Assembly (NCBI GenBank): GCA_965216325.1 | Contig: OZ244160.1 | Location: 480,001 to 544,000, forward strand | Reading direction: 5' to 3' | DNA from: Coraliomargarita sp. | Lineage (GTDB): Bacteria > Verrucomicrobiota > Verrucomicrobiia > Opitutales > Coraliomargaritaceae | Length of the DNA: 64,000 nucleotides | Shown here: one piece after another, positions 1 through 9,440 of the stretch | How positions within the stretch are numbered: the stretch's first letter is position 1 | Layout of the letters: each line of letters starts with the position of its first letter | Notes under the pieces: generated by a model | The model's input: the letters and a program-made list of their open reading frames with translations, nothing else | Database searches by the model: none | What the model was told of the DNA's origin: nothing | Made by a program: the position numbers and the translations under genes

Positions 1-2
1 TT

Positions 3-3000
3 ACGAATGACGCCTTCAAAGACCTGCAGAATCCCTGTGTCATCGTTTTAGGTAAATGGGACAGCTCATCTTCATGGGGCAATGCCTTTGCCGCCTACCA
101 CGGAGAAAGCGGTGTCGGATGGCAGTTACGGCAGCAGTCTGGAGCTGTTGATAAGCTTACACTCACTGTGCGGGGTACTGCAGGAGCTGATGACCCTGAC
201 CCTTCCGTCACGGCTAACACCAGCTTCTTTATTGGAAGCGCCTATCGGAGTAATGCCAACACCCGAACCATAAGACACAACGGAACGCAAACGTTTACTG
301 ACACTGGTGACACTGGAACAATTACTTATAGCGGGTCAGAACGCTCTTCTATTGGAGGTCGGTATCATGGAGATGCTTTTTCGAATCCTGCGGGATTCCT
401 AAATGGCAGCATAAAAGAGATTATAGTGCTGGATAATGCGACAGACCAGGAGGTCCAACAAATCGAAGGCTACCTGGCATGGAAATGGGGGCTTGAAAGT
501 AACCTTCCCGTGGATCATCCCTACAAGAATGTTGAACTTCGAACCGGAACCGTCAACGCTGGTAACTCAGCAGACATAGATGATTTGCCGAAAGCTCTCT
601 GGCTAGACGCTTCTGACCTTGATGGCGACGGTGTTGCCGAAGGCTCTGCAGAGGATGGTCAGGCTGGCGGATCAGTTACGACCTGGGCAGACAAGAGTGG
701 CAACAATAGAGATGCCACTCAAACAGATGGTTCGTTGAAACCGACCTATACGCTCGGTAGTATGAACGGGCAAGACGTTCTTACTTTTGACGGTACAGAC
801 GACCATTTGGATGTTGATCTCGACTTCCTCGCCGGTGTATCGCATTCGGCTTTCATTGTAACCAAGGTTACTGACTACGACAATATCTATGGTGCAGCAA
901 ACGGGAATTCCGGAAGCAACAGTCTTCACGTAGGCTTCACCGGTGCAAGTACTTATAGAATGAATTACTGGGCTAATGACTACTATCAAGCGACGTCTGC
1001 AAACTTCCATGCCGGACAGGCAAATCTTGTAAACTATGTCTGGACCTCCGGAAGTGATAAGCAAGTCTTTGCCAACGGCTACTCCGAAGGAAACAGCGGT
1101 AGTGCTGGTGTCGTCGGCACTATGGCTGGTGGCGGAATGATCGGTGGAGCTGTTGGAAACTATTTCGGTGGCGATATTGCCGAGATGATCATTGTCACTG
1201 GAGATGTTGATGCCGATACCCGTGAAAACATCGAAGGCTACCTGGCATGGAAATGGGGACTTGAAAGTTCTCTTCCAGTGGATCATCCCTACGCCAGTGA
1301 ACCACCAGCCAGTGCAGAGCACATGGTAACAGCTGATGTTAGCATGAGTGCAGCTGATAGCTACAATGCTTCCACACCGATCAGCCCCGCTCTTGGCGTC
1401 AACGATTATTACCTTACCGATAGCGCAAACCGTACGCCGGTTATTTACGGTGCGCACCAGGCCGATCTCACCATCAAAAGCGATGCGACACAAGGCTATG
1501 CCGAGCTGGCAGAAGAGATGATTGTGGGGGATCGTACTAAAGCCATGATGGTCTGGAAAAAGACGGACTTCCTGGCTGACCGCAGTGTCACACTTACCCG
1601 TTTCAAGCTGGACCTATTCGGGCCGGCCGATCTGAGCTATGAAAACCGCTGGGTGGTGGAGAAGGACGGACAGTTCTACATCAGCGATCAAACCTTTAGC
1701 GCCGGCAATCAGGATGTGGATGCATCCACCCTGACTTGGAGCGAGTACACCCCGCTGAGCGGTGGTTCCGACGCCATAGGAGCATCTGCCACGATCTCTC
1801 TCCATGACCTGGATTCAATTGGCTTCTATGTTAACGCTGAGCGAACGGCGAACAGCGGGGACAGCTGGATGCGGACATCCGTGTACTATTTCGCCGTGGA
1901 TGGCGATGAAGATCCGGATCTGAGCGCGACCGTCAACTACGTCACCTATGAGGCTGGTCCTAACGGTAGTATTACCGGCCCGCCGTCCATCAGTGTTAGC
2001 TATACGGATCAAGAGATCGACATCGTCAACACTGGCGCTAGCAACTTAGTGCAGGCTCAGAATTTTGGTGGCACAGGGAACGTGACCATCAATGGCATTA
2101 CTCACACCAATTCTAACAGCGCGTTAACCCCGGCTTCTTTCCCCGGGCCTTGGGGCGATCCCGATGCCGGCACCTTTACCGGGGACATGTTCACGCTTCT
2201 TGATGGGATAGCGGGCAGCGATACAGCAGCAGCGTCCACGGTCACCATTTCCGGACTGACCCCCGGTGAGACCTATCTCTTCCAAGCCTACTGGCTGGTG
2301 AATGACAATTTCGGCACTCGCACGATGAACGTTAACCTCGAGGGCGAGACGCTCACTAACATCAATGCCAATACAGCAGCGAACGAGTTCGTGCTCATTT
2401 CCTACACTTACACAGCCACTGATGACACCTTTGTAGGCACCTTTGACGATCCTAGCGGCAACGAATGGCTACAAGGATTTTCGCTCCAGGTAGCAGTACC
2501 TGAGTCATCTTCTTCAATAACCCAAGAGGTGCTTTATGATGGTAGCACAATCGCGGTAACAGCTACGCCAGATACCGGCTATGTTTTTGTCAACTGGGAT
2601 GACGGCAGCACCGCCAACCCCCGTTCGGATACCAACGTAACGAGTAGCCAGACCTATACGGCCAATTTTGCTCCGGTAGCGTCCCCCGAAGTGGTCTACC
2701 AGGCCGGAGCGAACGGGAGTATTACTGGAACCGCAACCCAGGTTGTGCCCTATAACGGCAGCACCACCGAAGTGACGGCCGTAGCGGCAGCCTATTACAG
2801 TTTCACCGGTTGGGATGATGGCAGCACCGCCAACCCCCGCTCGGATGACAATGTAACGAGCGACCAGACTTATACGGCCAACTTTGCGGCTGATGTGACG
2901 GGCACAAATTCAGTGCCACACGCATGGCTGGCGGCGCAAGACCCCAGCTGGACCACTGGATTTGAAGCCCTGCAGGCGACCGATCACGATGGTGATGGCG

Positions 3001-3293
3001 TCACCACCGGAGACGAGTACTGGGCCGGCACCGATCCCAACGACAAAGACTCTAAGTTAGGGCTCGTCATTTCGGTTGAGAATGGTGTGCTGACACTCGA
3101 ATGGAATCAGCACAACCCAGCCGCCGAGCTACCGGACCTGCGACTGGAAAGTAGTGTGGATCTTGGCATTGAGTCATGGGGCTTGGTGGAAGCAATACAG
3201 CGTACTGACGGAGTGATGACGTGGACAAAACCAGATCCCCTGTCTGGAGCTGGACCCCGCACCTTCTACCGCCTTGTTGTCCCTCAAAATTAA
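3..3293 (+). CDS. Giant secreted modular protein A, 5'-truncated by the window edge (LamG-like repeats, inserted PEP-CTERM-like domain, InlB-B-like repeats, TSP3-like Ca motif, Verrucomicrobial C-terminal domain)
   Basis: The frame is open from base 3 (TNDAFKDLQ...), so the GTG at 168 is not the real start. Contains LWLDASD...WADKSGN and IEGYLAWKWGL motifs, VTA-x-P/A...YxFxxWDDGSTANPR repeats, DHDGDG...EYWAGTDPND, and ends SVDLGIESW...RTFYRLVVPQN. Confidence 0.85.
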   Translation, partial: TNDAFKDLQNPCVIVLGKWDSSSSWGNAFAAYHGESGVGWQLRQQSGAVDKLTLTVRGTAGADDPDPSVTANTSFFIGSAYRSNANTRTIRHNGTQTFTDTGDTGTITYSGSERSSIGGRYHGDAFSNPAGFLNGSIKEIIVLDNATDQEVQQIEGYLAWKWGLESNLPVDHPYKNVELRTGTVNAGNSADIDDLPKALWLDASDLDGDGVAEGSAEDGQAGGSVTTWADKSGNNRDATQTDGSLKPTYTLGSMNGQDVLTFDGTDDHLDVDLDFLAGVSHSAFIVTKVTDYDNIYGAANGNSGSNSLHVGFTGASTYRMNYWANDYYQATSANFHAGQANLVNYVWTSGSDKQVFANGYSEGNSGSAGVVGTMAGGGMIGGAVGNYFGGDIAEMIIVTGDVDADTRENIEGYLAWKWGLESSLPVDHPYASEPPASAEHMVTADVSMSAADSYNASTPISPALGVNDYYLTDSANRTPVIYGAHQADLTIKSDATQGYAELAEEMIVGDRTKAMMVWKKTDFLADRSVTLTRFKLDLFGPADLSYENRWVVEKDGQFYISDQTFSAGNQDVDASTLTWSEYTPLSGGSDAIGASATISLHDLDSIGFYVNAERTANSGDSWMRTSVYYFAVDGDEDPDLSATVNYVTYEAGPNGSITGPPSISVSYTDQEIDIVNTGASNLVQAQNFGGTGNVTINGITHTNSNSALTPASFPGPWGDPDAGTFTGDMFTLLDGIAGSDTAAASTVTISGLTPGETYLFQAYWLVNDNFGTRTMNVNLEGETLTNINANTAANEFVLISYTYTATDDTFVGTFDDPSGNEWLQGFSLQVAVPESSSSITQEVLYDGSTIAVTATPDTGYVFVNWDDGSTANPRSDTNVTSSQTYTANFAPVASPEVVYQAGANGSITGTATQVVPYNGSTTEVTAVAAAYYSFTGWDDGSTANPRSDDNVTSDQTYTANFAADVTGTNSVPHAWLAAQDPSWTTGFEALQATDHDGDGVTTGDEYWAGTDPNDKDSKLGLVISVENGVLTLEWNQHNPAAELPDLRLESSVDLGIESWGLVEAIQRTDGVMTWTKPDPLSGAGPRTFYRLVVPQN

Positions 3294-3475
3294 CCGAGTT
3301 ATCGAATTTGTCTCGTGCTGCGATTCTTAGGGGGCTTCCCCTCGAACCGTTGAAGATCTTGTTTTTTGTGCATACTGTTGCGTCCTGCGCTGGTCGACTG
3401 TTCGCTGGATCCTAAATTGCTTCGTCCTCATCGCAGACTGTCATTCAGAACACCGCATGCCAAATCGATGAAAAC
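2520..3475 (+). repeat. Copy 1 of a ~950 bp direct repeat (3' end of gene A plus ~180 bp non-coding)
   Basis: Aligns by eye with 8328-9283 (offset 5808); the last ~350 bp are almost identical; the match stops after aaatcgatgaaaac. Confidence 0.95.
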
Positions 3476-3516
3476 AAGAGTCTTGATTTTAGTCTGGCAA
3501 AGGTCGGATGGGGGGG

Positions 3517-3564
3517 GGGCGGTCGATTGACCGTGTTTTCAAGCTGCCCTTTTTCTGCTATCGT
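3517..3564 (+). promoter_or_regulatory. Palindromic operator plus sigma70-like promoter of giant protein B
   Basis: CGGTC-GATT-GACCG (3520-3533), TTTTCA (3536-3541), 17 bp, TG-c-TATCGT (3559-3564); same geometry as the site at 9321-9368. Confidence 0.65.
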
Positions 3565-3641
3565 GCAGGCTGTATCGGAGCGTCGCCGCTGCTTAAATAA
3601 TCCCCCCATACGGCTACCATTTACAAAAAAAAGACACCCCT

Positions 3642-6600
3642 ATGAAAAGATTTTTGCTCACACTCTTGTTCGCCCTCGCAACGCTAGGGCTCAGCCACGC
3701 GGACACCACCAAGGTACTCATTATTGGCTCGGATTACGACCTCGGCGATAAGTATGGATCCGACTCTGCTGCGTTTTCACCCACTGCCATTGCAAGCGAA
3801 CTCGATGAAATACTTACCAAAAACGGCCCCGGCAATGCCACGGTCACGGTGGAGGAACGCTATAATCATTATAATCCAACTGGGTTTGTATATAATGGCC
3901 ATACATTTGGGTCGAGATCTTACAACTTGACTGGATGGTTCCACTATCCGCTCCCAGCCGGTGCGGAAGAAGCTCGCTGGGCGAACCTGCGTGGAGAAGG
4001 CGGCACTGTCTGGGATTATGTCGTGATTATTGGCGACCCCTATACCATTGAAAAGACTCCCGGTATGTACGCCCAGGGGGTGGCAAAAGTAGCCGAAGAA
4101 GTTGCCAAGGGAGCCGATCCTGCGGAAGTCATCCTATTGATGAACTGGCCGGCATCCGCATCTTCATCCAGCGTGGCTCACTACAAGGAGGTTGTTTACC
4201 GCACCGGTCGCTCTGGCGGCTACAAGGTGGCACCTGCTGCCCTGGCGTGGGAGGCAGCCGGTTCTCCAAGCGGTGTCAGTCACCCGAATGCGGACGGCGC
4301 CTATATCGCCGCAGCTTCCATCTACAGCCGTATCTACAATCAAAGCGCCTCGAATTCGGGTTACACCTATAACGACACTTTGGCTGACACCGTGCAAACG
4401 ACGGTTGCAGCCAACGTTGGTCAGCCTCAATACTCCGGTGATTTTAACTTTATCAATCCCTACCTGATGCTGGGCGACAAGCGTCGGGATGTGCATTTCA
4501 GTGAAAATGGCACTAGTACAGAAGAGGATTTCAAGAACGCTGCCAAATCCGCAATGGACCGAATTGGGGTTACCTATAACACAATCGATTACTGCCCAAA
4601 CGGCAGTTCTTCATCGGCCACTTACAACAGCAATACCCCGGAGGACGACGGCCTGGGCTGGCCTGTCGGCAATGAGATGCCTATTGCTTGGAATCATGGA
4701 CGATCCTACCCAGACGGCAGAATCAAGCTGAATCCAGATTACTGGCAGCTGGGTCTTGGCTTTGAATATCAATGGAATACCACCGCCTATTCCACTGAAA
4801 TCGCCAACGATCACTACATCGCCATGATGGATTATTACGATACCAACCGGGCAAATGACAGGCTCGCAGATGCCGCGATAGGGGCACGTTGGATGCCTAC
4901 CCGCATGCTCTGGGCTCAATTTCATAAAGAATATCCGGACAGTAACCCAATGCGGGATAGCAACCACCTCAACTGGGACCAGACCCATGCGATCGGCACC
5001 TACATGTACACGCTCTACTCCGGACGTTGCCCGCTGGATCCCGAGCCGTCACCCATGACCTCGGTCTGGATGGCCCAAAAGATCGGTTATGAGACAGCCT
5101 GGCGTATGGGGCGTTGCCAGACCCGTGCTCCGGGATTCAAGGTGATGCCATCTGCAGCATCGGCAAAAACGGTCACGCCAACCAGCTCGGACACCATGTC
5201 CGTTCAGTTCATCATGGCGCCGACCCATGACGTCACCGTCAACATCGCCTCGAGCGACGTTCTAAAAGGCAAAGTCAGCCCAAGCCAGCTTACCTTCACA
5301 CCAGAGAACTACAACGTGCCCCAGACGGTCACTGTCATTGGAGAAACCGGAGCTGCCGGCTCCTTCGAATTTGATGCTCAGTTCAGCACCACATCAACCG
5401 ATCCGGTATACGATGGCCTCTCCGACACCTGGACCTACACCAACAACCGTACCCAAGGTCTAAGTCAGGTTTTAGGCAATGATGTCGTTATAGAAACCGG
5501 CGACACGACCCCGGATCTTACGGACGGCACCGACTTCGGTTATGTCGATGCCTCACTCACCAAGGTGTTCACCATTTTTAACCAGTCCGCTACCGATACC
5601 GTTAATCTCACAGATTCACCTCGTGTCACCCTCTCCGACGCATCCGGTAACTTCACACTGACGCAAGATGCCGCTTCCGGGGCGATTGCGCCGCTTGGAT
5701 CGACCACTTTTAGCATCACCTATGATGCCACTGCCGATTTAAGCGGAGGCCTGCACACAGCTACAGTCTCTATCTCCAGCTCAGACCCACTTCTCCCAAC
5801 ATACACCTTTACCGTTCAGGCCCTTAGTCCCGGACAACCTACGGTGATTAATGCAGGAAGCACCGGTGGCCAGCTCAGCGCCACACTTGAGGGACAGCTG
5901 AGTGTCGGTAGCATGGCCGATGTCATTATTTACTGGGGCACTACTGATGGTGGCACCACTCCCGAAAACTGGGAGAATGCGCAATCATTCACTGCAGTAA
6001 CTGAGGGGAATAATTTCTCTGTAGAGCTGACTGATCTGGTTGCCGGACGGCAATACTACTACCGTGTTTTTGCCAGCAATTCCAAGGGCGAGGCATGGTC
6101 CGAATCCACTGAACTGTTCATGACTGAGGCGCCTGTAGCACTGCCGAGCACCCCGGTGCGTTGGGGAGCTCCAGCAAAGTATTGGAGTATTGAGGAACTT
6201 AGTCCAGCGCTCTGGCTTGACGCTTCAGACGCCTCGACGATCACCGAGAGCGGTGGTGCGGTTTCACAGTGGGCTGACAAGAGCGGGAATAACAGAGATG
6301 CCACTCAAACAGATGGTTCGCTGAAACCGACCTATACGCTCAGTAGCATGAATGGACAAGACGTCCTTACTTTTGATGGTTCAGATGACCACCTGAATGT
6401 TGACCTTGACTTCCTCGCCGGTGTATCGCATTCGGCTTTCATTGTAACCAACGTCACAGACTACGACAATATCTATGGCGCCGCAAACGGGAACTCCGGA
6501 AGCAACAGTCTTCACGTAGGCTTCAGCGGTGCAAGTAATTATAGAATGAATTACTGGTCTAATGACTACTATCCAGCGATGTCTGCAAACTTCCATGCTG

Positions 6601-9101
6601 GACAGGCAAATATTGTAAACTATGTCTGGACCTCCGGAAGTGATAAGCAAGTCTTTGCCAATGGTTACTCCGAAGGAAACAGTGGTAGTGCTGGTGTCGT
6701 CGGCACTATGGCTGGTGGCGGGATGATCGGTGGAGCTGTTGGAAACTATTTCGGTGGCGATATTGCCGAGATGATTATTTTCACCGGAGATGTTGATGCC
6801 GAAACACGCCAACAAATCGAAGGCTATCTTGCATGGAAATGGGGGCTTGAAAGTAACCTTCCAGTGGATCATCCCTACAAGAATGTTGAACTTCGAACCG
6901 AAACCGTCAACGCTGGTAACTCAGCAGACATCAATGCTTTGCCGAAAGCTCTTTGGCTTGACGCTTCTGACGCCTCTACAATTATCGAGAGCGAAGGCTC
7001 AGTTTCACAGTGGAACGATAAGAGTGGGAACGATTTGCATCTGACTCAAGCTACTGGAACCAATCAACCTCTGTCAGGTTCTGAAACGATAGGCGGTATG
7101 AATGGTATCCTGTTTGATGGAGTTGACGATGTCCTCATCTCTTCCAGTAACCCGTTTGGTACTCAAATCAGCGATGCATCTATATTCTTTGCAATGAAGC
7201 CAAAAAGTGTCAGTACAACCGGAGTGCTCTTTTCTCTAAGTGGTGATCCTAACAGCCGTTGGCAGGCTCATATGCCCTGGTCAGACGGAAAGGCGTACTT
7301 CGACTGCGGTGGTGCAAGCGGTACAAGCAGGATCTCCGGCCCTTCCGGACTTTCGGTAAATCAGGAGCTGATTGCCAGCTTTACCTGTGAGAATGCTACC
7401 GGGAAACAGGAGGTACGGACTAACGGTAATGTTTTGATAAGTGATACGACCGGACATATTGTCAGTACTGGCGGAAATATTATGTTGGGTGGGCCAGTCA
7501 ACTTCCAGAACGTTGTTATCGGAGAGTGTATTGTTATTAACGGAACAGTGTCTGATGCCGACCGAACTATAATCGAAGGCTATCTTGCATGGAAATGGGG
7601 GCTTGAAAGTTCTCTTCCAGTGGATCATCCCTACGCCAGTGAACCGCCAGCCAGTGCAGAGCACATGGTAACAGCTGATGTTAGCATGAGTGCAGCAGAT
7701 AGCTACAATGCTTCCACACCGGTCAGCCCCGACCTTGGCGTCAACGATTATTACCTTACCGATATCACCAACCGTACGCCGGTTATTTACGGTGCGCACC
7801 AGGCCGGTCTCACCATCAAAAGCGATGCGACACAAGGCTATGCCGAGCTGGCAGAAGAGATGATTGTGGGGGATCGTACTAAAGCCATGATGATCTGGAA
7901 AAAGGCGGACTTCCTGGCGGAGCGCAGTGTCACGCTTACCCGTTTCAAACTAGACCTATTCGGGCCGGCCGATCTGAGCTATGAAAACCGCTGGGTGGTG
8001 GAGAAGGACGGACAGTTCTACATCAGCGATCAAACCTTTACGACCGGCAATCAGGATGTGGATGCATCCACCCTGACTTGGAGCGAGTACACCCCGCTAA
8101 ACGGTGGCTCCGACACCATAGGGGCATCTGCCACGATATCTCTCCATGACCTGGATTCCATTGGTTTCTATGTCAACGCTGAGCGAACGGCGAACAGCGG
8201 TGACAGCTGGATGCGGACGTCTCTGTACTATTTCGCTGTGGATGGCGACGAAGACCCGGATCTGAGCGCGACCGTCAACTACGTCACCTATGAGGCTGGT
8301 CCGAACGGAACCATTACAGGAACGGCGACCCAAGAAGTCATCTACGATGGTAGTACTACAGCAGTAACAGCTACGCCAGATACCGGCTATGTTTTTGTCA
8401 ACTGGGATGACGGCAGCACCGCCAACCCCCGTTCAGATGCCAACGTAACGAGTAGCCAGACCTATACGGCCAATTTTGCTCCGGTAGCGTCGCCCGAAGT
8501 GGTCTACCAGGCCGGCCCGAACGGGAGTATTACTGGAACCACAACCCAGGTTGTGCCCTATAACGGCAGCACCACCGAAGTGACGGCCGTAGCGGCAGCC
8601 TATTATAGTTTCAGCGGTTGGGATGACGGCAGCACAGCCAACCCCCGTTCCGATACCAATGTGACCAGCGACCAAACCTACACGGCCATCTTTACAGCCG
8701 TTGCAACGGCCGATAATGCAGTGCCACATGCGTGGCTAGCGGCGCAAGACCCGAGCTGGACCAGTGGATTTGAGGTCCTGCAGGCGACCGATCACGATGG
8801 TGATGGCGTCACCACCGGCGACGAGTACTGGGCCGGCACCGATCCCAACGACAAAGACTCCGTGCTAGCGCTCGCCGTTTCGGTTGCGAATGGAGTGCTG
8901 ACACTCGAATGGAGTCAGCACAACCCGGCCGCCGAGCTACCGGACCTACGACTGGAAAGTAGTGTGGATCTTGGCATTGAGTCATGGGGCTTGGTGGAAG
9001 CAATACAGCGTACTGACGGAGTGATGACGTGGACAAAACCAGATCCCCTGTCTGGAGCTGGACCCCGCACCTTCTACCGCCTTGTTGTCCCTCAAAATTA
9101 A
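3642..9101 (+). CDS. Giant secreted modular protein B (SGNH/DUF4886-like N-terminal region, Calx-beta-like, choice-of-anchor-D-like Ig, FN3-like, two LamG-like domains, InlB-B-like repeats, TSP3-like motif, C-terminal domain)
   Basis: Signal peptide MKRFLLTLLFALATLGLSHA; KVLIIGS, VAPAALAW...HPNADGAYIAA and DSNH motifs; LTFTPENYNVPQTVTV; DGTDFG...FTIFN; YWGTTDGGT...YYYRVFASN; same C-terminus as protein A. Confidence 0.9.
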   Translation: MKRFLLTLLFALATLGLSHADTTKVLIIGSDYDLGDKYGSDSAAFSPTAIASELDEILTKNGPGNATVTVEERYNHYNPTGFVYNGHTFGSRSYNLTGWFHYPLPAGAEEARWANLRGEGGTVWDYVVIIGDPYTIEKTPGMYAQGVAKVAEEVAKGADPAEVILLMNWPASASSSSVAHYKEVVYRTGRSGGYKVAPAALAWEAAGSPSGVSHPNADGAYIAAASIYSRIYNQSASNSGYTYNDTLADTVQTTVAANVGQPQYSGDFNFINPYLMLGDKRRDVHFSENGTSTEEDFKNAAKSAMDRIGVTYNTIDYCPNGSSSSATYNSNTPEDDGLGWPVGNEMPIAWNHGRSYPDGRIKLNPDYWQLGLGFEYQWNTTAYSTEIANDHYIAMMDYYDTNRANDRLADAAIGARWMPTRMLWAQFHKEYPDSNPMRDSNHLNWDQTHAIGTYMYTLYSGRCPLDPEPSPMTSVWMAQKIGYETAWRMGRCQTRAPGFKVMPSAASAKTVTPTSSDTMSVQFIMAPTHDVTVNIASSDVLKGKVSPSQLTFTPENYNVPQTVTVIGETGAAGSFEFDAQFSTTSTDPVYDGLSDTWTYTNNRTQGLSQVLGNDVVIETGDTTPDLTDGTDFGYVDASLTKVFTIFNQSATDTVNLTDSPRVTLSDASGNFTLTQDAASGAIAPLGSTTFSITYDATADLSGGLHTATVSISSSDPLLPTYTFTVQALSPGQPTVINAGSTGGQLSATLEGQLSVGSMADVIIYWGTTDGGTTPENWENAQSFTAVTEGNNFSVELTDLVAGRQYYYRVFASNSKGEAWSESTELFMTEAPVALPSTPVRWGAPAKYWSIEELSPALWLDASDASTITESGGAVSQWADKSGNNRDATQTDGSLKPTYTLSSMNGQDVLTFDGSDDHLNVDLDFLAGVSHSAFIVTNVTDYDNIYGAANGNSGSNSLHVGFSGASNYRMNYWSNDYYPAMSANFHAGQANIVNYVWTSGSDKQVFANGYSEGNSGSAGVVGTMAGGGMIGGAVGNYFGGDIAEMIIFTGDVDAETRQQIEGYLAWKWGLESNLPVDHPYKNVELRTETVNAGNSADINALPKALWLDASDASTIIESEGSVSQWNDKSGNDLHLTQATGTNQPLSGSETIGGMNGILFDGVDDVLISSSNPFGTQISDASIFFAMKPKSVSTTGVLFSLSGDPNSRWQAHMPWSDGKAYFDCGGASGTSRISGPSGLSVNQELIASFTCENATGKQEVRTNGNVLISDTTGHIVSTGGNIMLGGPVNFQNVVIGECIVINGTVSDADRTIIEGYLAWKWGLESSLPVDHPYASEPPASAEHMVTADVSMSAADSYNASTPVSPDLGVNDYYLTDITNRTPVIYGAHQAGLTIKSDATQGYAELAEEMIVGDRTKAMMIWKKADFLAERSVTLTRFKLDLFGPADLSYENRWVVEKDGQFYISDQTFTTGNQDVDASTLTWSEYTPLNGGSDTIGASATISLHDLDSIGFYVNAERTANSGDSWMRTSLYYFAVDGDEDPDLSATVNYVTYEAGPNGTITGTATQEVIYDGSTTAVTATPDTGYVFVNWDDGSTANPRSDANVTSSQTYTANFAPVASPEVVYQAGPNGSITGTTTQVVPYNGSTTEVTAVAAAYYSFSGWDDGSTANPRSDTNVTSDQTYTAIFTAVATADNAVPHAWLAAQDPSWTSGFEVLQATDHDGDGVTTGDEYWAGTDPNDKDSVLALAVSVANGVLTLEWSQHNPAAELPDLRLESSVDLGIESWGLVEAIQRTDGVMTWTKPDPLSGAGPRTFYRLVVPQN

Positions 9102-9283
9102 CCGAGTTATCGAATTTGTCTCGTGCTGCGATTCTTAGGGGGCTTCCCCTCGAACCGTTTAAGATCTTGTTTTTTGTGCATACTGTTGCGTCCTGCGCTG
9201 GTCGACTGTTCGCTGGATCCTAAATTGCTTCGTCCTCATCGCAGACTGTCATTCAGAACACCGCATGCCAAATCGATGAAAAC
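8328..9283 (+). repeat. Copy 2 of the ~950 bp direct repeat
   Basis: Matches 2520-3475, including the non-coding tail. Confidence 0.95.
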
Positions 9284-9320
9284 CAAAGCACACATGCTGC
9301 TGATCCAGGATTCTCGTGGG

Positions 9321-9368
9321 ACATGGTCGATTGACCGTATTGACGGATTTGTCTCGGTCTGCTATTAG
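9321..9368 (+). promoter_or_regulatory. Palindromic operator plus sigma70-like promoter of the PEP-CTERM gene
   Basis: ACATGGTCGATTGACCGTAT (9321-9340) runs into TTGACG (9340-9345), 17 bp, TG-c-TATTAG (9363-9368). Confidence 0.7.
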
Positions 9369-9440
9369 AACAATGTTCTCGATCCGATGTAGGCATTTGA
9401 GTGATCGAAGCAGGACAGTATCTCTAACCCCTCAAAACAC

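Noticed and set aside
2520..9283. Diversity-generating retroelement TR/VR pair
   Set aside because: Differences between copies are not adenine-specific, both copies are coding, and no reverse transcriptase is present.
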